NCBI GenBank assembly: GCA_002314795.1
Contig: DCHI01000054.1
Location: 1 to 60,627, forward strand
Source: Bacteroidales bacterium UBA1756
Lineage (GTDB): Bacteria; Bacteroidota; Bacteroidia; Bacteroidales; WCHB1-69
Reading direction: 5' to 3'
DNA: 60,627 nucleotides
Shown here: positions 56,101 to 60,627 of the stretch, piece by piece
How positions within the stretch are numbered: the stretch's first letter is position 1
Layout of the letters: the number at the start of each line of letters is the position of its first letter
Program-made: the position numbers and the translations under genes
Notes under the pieces: generated by a model
Told to the model about the DNA's origin: nothing
Database searches by the model: none
The model's input: the letters and a program-made list of their open reading frames with translations, nothing else

Positions 56101-58950
56101 CTGGTGCCACAGGGAGCGGTCAAAGGAGCGGTTCCCGCGCGACTGCTGGCGGAAGAACAGGATGTCGCCCTCCTGAAGCGCCAGCCTGAGGGAGATGCTG
56201 TCCTTGGTATAGACACTGTCGGGGACGGTCATGTCATACAGCTCCGCCGTATCGGCTGAATGGATCCTGTAAGACAGGGCGTGGTTTCCCCTGTTCCTCT
56301 GGATGGTGTATCTCACACCGTTGGCGTATTGGGACTGCCGCCTGTTGGCGCTGGTGTCCTCTATCAGCTGGAAGACGGACTGCAGTGTGGCCTCACCCGA
56401 CCTCGGGACAATCCATACCCTGACCGCGTCAAGATCTGGGTCAAGGATTTCCGGCTCGCAGCGGATGACCTTCCTGTAAAGGTAAAGCACAGAATGGGGC
56501 TCATCATAGTGATAATCGTACTCTCCAGTGTTGAGAAGGCTGTCATAGTAAGCGAAGTCAGGAGAATCGTCCTTCAGGTTACGGATGATGGTGTCAAGTA
56601 CCCAGTCAATCCCGCAGGCGATGCTGTCGCTCACCTCGCCGTCGAAGATGATGCCGCCGCAGGGCGTGGTGGAGTTCACCGTCACGCTCTCGGGATTTAC
56701 GTCTCCCGAATTTTCTGCCCGTATGGTGTAAAACGGCTTGAACTTGACAGAATCGCCGTTTTCCGTAACATTGAACAGCACGCCTGACTCTGTTATCAGG
56801 TCGGGAAGCCCGTCCGCATTGACATCGGCGAAATACACGCTGGTTGTGGAGGTCGTGGTAGGCCAAGAACCGCTCAACGAACATCCTGCCGAGGCCTGAA
56901 GTCCCCAAGTGATGGTGCGGCTGCTTTCCTTCAGAAAATCAGTAACACCGTCTATACGTTGTTTGGGACCATATGAGAAGTGTCCGTTGCTGCCGGGTAT
57001 CTGCCTGCAAAAGAACATTGTATCCTTGTTTTTGAAAACCTTGTCTGCGAGGCCGTCCCCGTCAAGGTCAATCAGGGTGAGCGCCCCTTCGGATTCGGAC
57101 TGGCTGTAGTCGAAATTCCCGCCCACTGAAATGGTGGAGAGGGCGACATTCCCGCCAAGGCCAACCCCCACGTTCCCGCCGAGGCTCCAGCTCCTGCCTT
57201 TGGTCGCGCCCAGTGCGGTGGCTTTCCCTTCATTATCATTGAACGCACTGGCAATGAAATTCGAGTGCACACCATCATCCTGCAAATGTATTTCCGTCAT
57301 AGGGGCGAACAGAGAATCCTGTTCGGGGGCGTCGAAGTAGTCGAAGTGGGTCAGAGTCCCGTTCCAGCCGTCGCTGCCTGTCAGTTCTGATATGGGATCG
57401 CCGCAACTGTAGCCTGTCTTCAGGTCTCCGTCCACCCTGACCACATCCGTCAGACGGGTCTTGTAGTTGCTCTGATAGCCGTTCTCATATCCGAAATAGT
57501 AGCTTCTGATGGTATCAGTCTCATAGGTGATGTGGACACTGCAAAGGGTTGAGGCGGTGACTTGCTTGAAGCCGTATTGCGCGTTGATGCTGATGTCAGG
57601 ACGCCCCTCATATCTTTCAAATAAAATCTTGTACTTCCCCGAATCAGTATCAAAATTGGTGTAACGGATTTCTTTCAAGTATATCTGTCTTCCATAGTTC
57701 GATGAGTTGGAAGGCATTCCCGTCCCGATCTCTACCTTATAGTTGTACAGCACTGTGTTCTTGTGCGGGTCGCTTATTTCCGTCAGAGCCCAGTAGGCAA
57801 TGTTACCCGAATTGTCACGCAGCACACTGTTGTTGTCAACACCCTCGCCGTTATGGCTTTTGCCATAATAGTAGGTGATGCCGTTGCGGTCAACTGCCTC
57901 CCACCAGTAGTTCTGCGGTGTGGAGCCGTGTCGGATGATGCTGTCAAAAGCCTCGTCCGTTCTCGGATAAAAGCGGGTGTCGGAGGTTCGTTGCCGCCAT
58001 TGGTTTGTCCTGTGCGGCATGGGAAGATGGTTGCCCGCCGCGTCCTTCTCAACGAGCTGTTCCCCTCCATACACGTACACTTCACTTTCTTTCTGGTAGT
58101 CGTATCTCGGCACGCCCCAGCGGGTCTCCACGGTGATGGAGGGGACGGAGATGTCCCAACCCACACCAAGCCAGCCGTTGCCGCCGCCGCTGCTGTAGGT
58201 CAGGGCGAGGTTGGGCTGCATTCCCTGCCGCCCCGCCGGAATCTCCAGCTGGTAGCTCAGGTTGGCGGTGCCGCTGTTGTTGGCAGTCGGCGCCTGTATC
58301 AGCTGCAAGCCCTCCAGCGGGTTGGCCGCTTCCAGCTCCTTGATGCTGGTCGGCGTGAAGGCCGATGTTTCCGGCATCTCAGGCGTCTTGATGACGGCGT
58401 TGATGAAGTCGGTGAAATGGTTCACCTTGGAATAGACCAGCGCATCCGCTGTGCACACGGAGTCACGTTCGATGGCCATCCACCGCCCGCTGCGCACGTC
58501 GTAGTAGTAGGTCACGATGTCGTCGGGTGTGAACCCTGCGGGCAGCAGTGTGGAGTCGTAGGGCAGCACGATGGAGATGTCTCCGTTGAACACCATCCCG
58601 TCGGGCAGCATGCGGTAGCCCGCCGCGTAGTCGGTCACGTTCACCATACCCTGGTCAAGCGGCGGGAGCGTTGCCGCCGTTAGCTCGGTCACGGAAAGCT
58701 CCGCTGGGAACGGGCGTGTGCCCTCGTCCCCCATAAGCCGCACTTTTCCGATAGTGTAGCTGAAGGCGGGCGTGAGGCTGACGGGCAGGGAGGTGTCCCC
58801 CACAGACTTAGGGGTGGGGGTGATGGTGGGTCTGGTCTCGTCAGGACACAGGCCGCCCGTCACAGGCGCGACGCTGTAGCCGCTTGCGAATGAGTATGTG
58901 CCGCCTGAAGTGTGGGAGGCGGGCTGGTAGGTGGCAATGGCTGCAGCCAA
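50134..58950 (-). CDS. SpvB/TcaC-N + FG-GAP beta-propeller + RHS/YD-repeat shell + RHS core + C-terminal toxin (TcB-TcC-like fusion, 2938+ aa)
   Basis: The SpvB motif is LSYQLEIPAGRQGMQPNLALTYSSGGGNGWLGVGWDISVPSITVETRWGVPRY (about 58099-58260). Six FG-GAP-type calcium motifs are present: DLDGDGLADKV, DVNADGLPDLI, DLNGDRYPDFV, DINGDGLPDKL, DFNSDGLPDYV and DVNGDGCPDYV. There are many YD repeats (YTYDMLGRMVQ, YLYDGAGNMV, YGYDAAGRLV). The RHS core is GSRYYNSNLSIWLSVDP...NNPVRVIDPSGD. The true start probably lies upstream of the TTG at 58950 (see findings). Confidence 0.9.
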   Translation of the reverse strand: MAAAIATYQPASHTSGGTYSFASGYSVAPVTGGLCPDETRPTITPTPKSVGDTSLPVSLTPAFSYTIGKVRLMGDEGTRPFPAELSVTELTAATLPPLDQGMVNVTDYAAGYRMLPDGMVFNGDISIVLPYDSTLLPAGFTPDDIVTYYYDVRSGRWMAIERDSVCTADALVYSKVNHFTDFINAVIKTPEMPETSAFTPTSIKELEAANPLEGLQLIQAPTANNSGTANLSYQLEIPAGRQGMQPNLALTYSSGGGNGWLGVGWDISVPSITVETRWGVPRYDYQKESEVYVYGGEQLVEKDAAGNHLPMPHRTNQWRQRTSDTRFYPRTDEAFDSIIRHGSTPQNYWWEAVDRNGITYYYGKSHNGEGVDNNSVLRDNSGNIAYWALTEISDPHKNTVLYNYKVEIGTGMPSNSSNYGRQIYLKEIRYTNFDTDSGKYKILFERYEGRPDISINAQYGFKQVTASTLCSVHITYETDTIRSYYFGYENGYQSNYKTRLTDVVRVDGDLKTGYSCGDPISELTGSDGWNGTLTHFDYFDAPEQDSLFAPMTEIHLQDDGVHSNFIASAFNDNEGKATALGATKGRSWSLGGNVGVGLGGNVALSTISVGGNFDYSQSESEGALTLIDLDGDGLADKVFKNKDTMFFCRQIPGSNGHFSYGPKQRIDGVTDFLKESSRTITWGLQASAGCSLSGSWPTTTSTTSVYFADVNADGLPDLITESGVLFNVTENGDSVKFKPFYTIRAENSGDVNPESVTVNSTTPCGGIIFDGEVSDSIACGIDWVLDTIIRNLKDDSPDFAYYDSLLNTGEYDYHYDEPHSVLYLYRKVIRCEPEILDPDLDAVRVWIVPRSGEATLQSVFQLIEDTSANRRQSQYANGVRYTIQRNRGNHALSYRIHSADTAELYDMTVPDSVYTKDSISLRLALQEGDILFFRQQSRGNRSFDRSLWHQRIIYDTDTARDRYGMRGDIYDSKEDFFVCGKDYYKTHTYGTATATADVSIGNVSDTVLLFCLDSNRNVLGDTVFLLPGPHHSVQLFSGLAVDSACEMHFIAVIPDSVSYGEIEIAPKVEFSYIYHPVGTTITDPISDTLTVYPSVNLTIDNYRHTAVDSIAHILFGPLYRGWGQFAYNNHDYPVTEPIHIELLNADHLQSTAVTDSASIYETPSIDASTSQDDLENSFSANNMFNPLASNTCWVEMLPDCRHQSWNGYGNITFIDRTTISNTRLPQYATVEETADMEDYDSPIPQPDPTYGMVKTIRKQNRSKLGNYSLSLDIPIVPISVGLSESNGENTILTDYMDLNGDRYPDFVGEAYVQYSTPWGGIGDVQTLDANVQKISSSVTSSEGSTFGASYSLPTRQSSNNQKSAKISFDGQGSIGASHGGGTDQTSYTFMDINGDGLPDKLNSAGRAALNVGYGFLPFEDWRLPGIRSGESDNSGMTLGGAVNIAQASISGGLGVNNSENNTTGMLCDFNSDGLPDYVEETGSGINVRYNLGNGQWSQGVFIPGINFISHSTSYSESANIGVTAGFTFLGSFKFFIGVQTSPVNRSFSKDRVQIVDVNGDGCPDYVMSPSENVMKVWYNRSGKTNLLKKVTNFTGSTVELDYELSAASFNSPQRQWNLAETVVSDSLSHAGGDTARTTFSYHNPYYNRYERISYGYDSVTTWQHNPDGSVYRYTAECFDNRHFNKRGKKTYDCVYDAAGNKYVETFYFATMVDMVTGDTVGDADCPSVVYPGFEAEFRNYYEGQESPQITTAITRQYDSRRNVIRYINWGDTSHRDEYFVADIQYAAGMERNMIALPTDIVVKDYHGATLQHRSSTYDTYGDMTSLRRYSDNSSYELFEYNYDMYGNVERMSLPYESLSDRMWTRYTYDTQLHTYPVTVHNALGYTSTATYHPHFGKPLTTTDLNGNTMSYGYDAAGRLVRLKGPNEGASVPYTIQMEYHPRGYGNNTPAPTYSYAVTSHYDIQHDTDLIQTIIYCDGLGRLLQTKKDAEVEDIPKHIVSGKVVYDCFGRTVAQYHPVVEPLENMGYNPNYVPYTLTSTTYDVLDRPLKVVLPTLDSTRTSYGFGTHSGRTYFSTTTTDPNGIAVSTLTGTRKQQVKAIAPHGAVTTFIYDPLGQLLQSTDPCGYSTTYTYDMLGRMVQRVHPDAGTDTYLYDGAGNMVKHTTQVLANANKTVNYYYSYNRLDSIIYPINPQNNVRYTYGDSTAGNNQRGRIALLEDASGFRAYKYGKLGEVTEEHRTFVLPNETYRYSFKTSFVYDSWNRVQTITYPDGEVVHYRYNTGGMLDTVYGTKLVSGISPKGGIGGGGIVGPIIPDPIPSTTYTYYYINHTTYNEFELKSGQWYGNGTRTQYTYDTLQRLKTLRLWNVGDTLLQDIGYTYDGVGNITNIHNAANAVSSLGGQYTYTYTYDSLYRLTTGRVSSIDRSNVLSTSYTSDGRILIRTSTTQVGTGLPGISQSIYSYNSTTQPHTLSEVGNFMNGVTYKWDANGNMTQQGNNIYFQWDEENRLKGVTKPALGSCYFYDASGERYYKNYGERIFMLVNGSFYMKIPYYQNPVLYASPYMVVTPNGYTKHYFVENERFASRIGDGNITGLNSHATSNAALVAKQAVVDFYTPDSIPPGQFYNFRTLPAHWSSRHTTYWQHSDHLGSASWVTDTAGHGYEHFQYNAWGGPFITQRITGGDYQSRYTFSGKERDEETGFSYFGSRYYNSNLSIWLSVDPMSDKYPSLSPYVYCANNPVRVIDPSGDSCAVLLAGNSVGGMGHAALLIQGKDNRWYLYSKNGDDKSSSGSSSGTGDDIGYAGKDNKGWGSVKEFLNSHQENTVNHDGEGGTYYTEAYVLPTTAKQDDMIRNQMKQKLGEQYHFTSNNCIQAVVSALNSANVKTKSDSQEPQFTKLGQIVVQSDPVYMFVKHMSNTAIPITIYNEIKKANPQGKTIKPSKPW
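50137..50718 (-). other. C-terminal polymorphic toxin domain (194 aa) of the RHS protein, downstream of the DPSGD core boundary
   Basis: The core ends ...YVYCANNPVRVIDPSGD (DPSGD = 50719-50733). The tail begins SCAVLLAGNSVGGMGHAALLIQ. G+C drops here: 20/60 in line 50281-50340 versus 32/60 in line 50881-50940. Confidence 0.75.
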
Positions 58951-59043
58951 GAAAACGCCGACTGCAAGGAGCGTGAGAAAGTGAAAGTTTTTTATGGTGT
59001 TATGGTTTTAGTTGATTGAATGTGAATCACATATTAATGAAAT

Positions 59044-60564
59044 TTACTGTACAAGCATTTTGACGAAGTTGCGTTCCGCATTGCTGACAATCTCAATGAG
59101 GTACTGCCCCTTCGCGGTGAGCGTCCCCTCGATGCGGTGCATGGTGTCGCCGCCCCGCTGGTAGGTGCGCACCGTCCTGCCGTCGGCGGTATAGACGTGT
59201 ACGGTGAGCGGTGTGGCTTCTGGGTACTGCGCCTCCAGCACGAAATGTCCGCTGTTGGGGTTCGGGTAGAGGGCGTATTGCCCGTTGGAACCGTTGCCAG
59301 CCGCACCGTTGTCCCCGCCGTTCTCCGACACTGCGCCACGCTCCCCGATCTGTGAGAAATCAAGGATGTCAAGTGCGGCAAAGCAGAAACGGTCGCAGCC
59401 GCTGCCGTCCGTGTCCCAGTAGATGTCGCTGAAGGTGAGCGTTCTGTCGGCAGTGTCAATCTCTGCCGGAGTGAAAATCTCCAGGTCAGAGTAGCGGTAC
59501 TCGCCCGAGCCGCTGCGGTCAACCAGCAGGGCATAGCGGTGCAGGCTGTCAGCCCACTGCGAGGCGATAACTCTCATAGTGAAAGGCTTTTGTGGGATGC
59601 CCGTCCCCGTCACCTTGGCGACCCCGTCACCGTAGCGGTTCAGGGTCTGGTCGTCCTCCAAGTAGAGTTCCGATGCGGTGCTGAAGGCGGATTCTGCGCT
59701 GCCCACCATCAGGAACTCCCTGTCGGCAAGGGTGCTGCCGTGCAGAATATTGTCCGCCGCGATGCTGTCAAGACCGATGGTAAGCAGCCCGTCGGCGGTG
59801 CGGCTCTGCCGCTGGTGGAGCCCGAAGCGGTCGTCACGGCCGATGCCGATGACGCTTCCCGAGAACTGCCCTAAAGAGTCGAGCGGCCACGTCACCGTGC
59901 CGTCAGACGAGAGGTAGGAGGTCTCACGCAGCGTGACCCCGTACTTCACGGCCAGATAGCTGCACCACTGGTAGAGGGCGGTGTCGGAGAACTCTTCACC
60001 GCAGGGCAGCACGACCAGCTCCGCCACCATCCCGGTGAAAGCGGAGGAGTCGGTGGCACCAACCATGCCGCTGCAATGAAGCGTGTCGGCCATCCTGCGC
60101 CTGCGCCACAGCTGCGTGAGGCTGTTGACGACGGTGCAGCGGCTGTTCTCGTCACCATACAATATTGTGCTGTTGCTGTTCACGATCCGTCGCGTGGTCA
60201 GGGCGAGGGTGTGGGCGCTGTCGGCTTGGAACGACCACAGCGGCATTTCCTCGCGCATCGCCGTGTCGGCCTGATAGGCGATGATGACGCTGTTCGCCTC
60301 CTCAGTCACCTCAAGTGGAGGGACGGAGAGCGCGGTGCCGTCGAAGCGGAAGGCGGGGTTGAAGTTCAGCAGCGTGTCGGCACTTTTGACCGAGTCGGTG
60401 GTGAAGGCGGCGTCATAGCCGTTGCCGGAGATGTCACGCCACACTGGGGTGTCGGTTCCTGTGCTGTCGGCACGGAGCCAGATGACGGGTTGGGAGACTT
60501 GCGCCACGGAGACAGCGCAGTACAAAAATGAAAATACGAATAAGGCAATGATTTTTTGTTTCAT
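59044..60564 (-). CDS. Secreted LamG/concanavalin-like domain protein with T9SS type A C-terminal sorting domain
   Basis: Signal peptide MKQKIIALFVFSFLYCAVSVAQ. The LamG-like start is VIWLRADS...WRDISGNGYDA...NFNPAFRFDG. The C-terminus YALYPNPNSGHFVLEAQYPEATPLTVHVYTADGRTV...GQYLIEIVSNAERNFVKMLVQ fits the Por CTD pattern. Confidence 0.75.
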   Translation of the reverse strand: MKQKIIALFVFSFLYCAVSVAQVSQPVIWLRADSTGTDTPVWRDISGNGYDAAFTTDSVKSADTLLNFNPAFRFDGTALSVPPLEVTEEANSVIIAYQADTAMREEMPLWSFQADSAHTLALTTRRIVNSNSTILYGDENSRCTVVNSLTQLWRRRRMADTLHCSGMVGATDSSAFTGMVAELVVLPCGEEFSDTALYQWCSYLAVKYGVTLRETSYLSSDGTVTWPLDSLGQFSGSVIGIGRDDRFGLHQRQSRTADGLLTIGLDSIAADNILHGSTLADREFLMVGSAESAFSTASELYLEDDQTLNRYGDGVAKVTGTGIPQKPFTMRVIASQWADSLHRYALLVDRSGSGEYRYSDLEIFTPAEIDTADRTLTFSDIYWDTDGSGCDRFCFAALDILDFSQIGERGAVSENGGDNGAAGNGSNGQYALYPNPNSGHFVLEAQYPEATPLTVHVYTADGRTVRTYQRGGDTMHRIEGTLTAKGQYLIEIVSNAERNFVKMLVQ

Positions 60565-60597
60565 AGCGTTTGGGATTTAGGGTTAAAAATTTCGCTG

Positions 60598-60605
60598 CAA
60601 ATTTA
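60598..60605 (-). promoter_or_regulatory. -7 box TAAATTTG upstream of the LamG-T9SS / RHS / immunity operon
   Basis: The reverse complement reads aatTAAATTTGcagcg, 34 nt upstream of the ATG at 60564. Confidence 0.45.
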
Positions 60606-60627
60606 ATTATTCAAGTTTCGCAAGCTC

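Larger units (their letters stand above)
48130..60627. other. GC-rich accessory island adjoining tRNA-Ser; far boundary lies beyond the window
   Basis: Composition jumps right after the tRNA-Ser terminator. A hand count of line 58201-58260 gives 41/60 G+C. No integrase or att duplicate is visible in the window. Confidence 0.5.

Noticed and set aside
50664-58683. Many ORFs lie inside the RHS gene on both strands, for example 53515-54462 (315 aa), 57763-58683 (306 aa), 56260-56787 and 51886-52311.
   Set aside because: They are shadow ORFs of a very GC-rich 8.8-kb gene. Their translations are Val/Gly/His/Arg-rich and lack any motif, and the RHS frame is uninterrupted.
50134-58950. The RHS protein might be a T6SS effector.
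   Set aside because: It has no PAAR-like N-terminal domain, and no VgrG/Hcp/Tss genes lie in the 12 kb visible. Its N-terminus looks like a Sec signal peptide followed by an SpvB domain, the TcB-type architecture. T6SS involvement cannot be excluded without the rest of the genome.
59034-60531. Alternative-frame ORFs lie within the LamG/T9SS gene (59034-59534, 60076-60531, 59539-59874).
   Set aside because: The reason is the same: GC-rich shadows. Only the 59044-60564 frame has a signal peptide and a CTD.
48005-60627. The island might be an intact integrative element or prophage at tRNA-Ser.
   Set aside because: No integrase, excisionase, transposase or other phage structural genes are present, and I found no duplicated tRNA 3' segment in the window. 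Only a truncated tape-measure fragment remains, so I report it as an island/remnant rather than a mobile element.

Overview
The window looks like a Bacteroidota (Bacteroidales-like) chromosome. Most genes are preceded by a TAnnTTTG -7 promoter box, several proteins carry T9SS C-terminal sorting domains, and FISUMP proteins are present. It falls into three blocks. Block A (248-15152, minus strand, visibly GC-rich) is a tightly packed four-gene cluster. Three tandem paralogues (beta-helix head plus 1, 2 and 1 FISUMP domains) are followed, through an ATGA overlap, by a 3272-aa T9SS type-B-CTD adhesin containing about 2.8 kb of near-identical 312/624-nt tandem repeats. Block B (15.7-48.1 kb) is ordinary housekeeping: PagL-like hydrolase, BtuF-like binding protein, FKBP isomerase, LolA-like protein, MutS-related ATPase, yidC, tRNA-Leu(CAA), YfcC transporter, NfeD, an HhH protein, DUF721, pyrG, recO, an RlmI-like methyltransferase, rluD, an FAH-family enzyme, a frameshifted AAA/DUF4143 ATPase, a nucleoside permease, ung, an AAA ATPase, DUF2461, a flippase and tRNA-Ser(CGA). 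Its intergenic regions hold several odd short tandem-repeat arrays. Block C (48.1-60.6 kb, strongly GC-rich) abuts tRNA-Ser and runs off the window edge. It starts with a stack of nested hairpins and a truncated phage tape-measure gene. A minus-strand operon follows: a LamG-like T9SS-CTD protein, then a 2938-aa SpvB/FG-GAP/RHS protein (TcB-TcC-like fusion) ending in a 194-aa AT-rich polymorphic toxin tip, then an overlapping AT-rich membrane-anchored putative immunity gene. No TcA, T6SS, PAAR or VgrG gene is visible, which makes this operon the best candidate for an undescribed delivery system. All calls rest on reading the sequence and ORF translations by eye; no searches were run.
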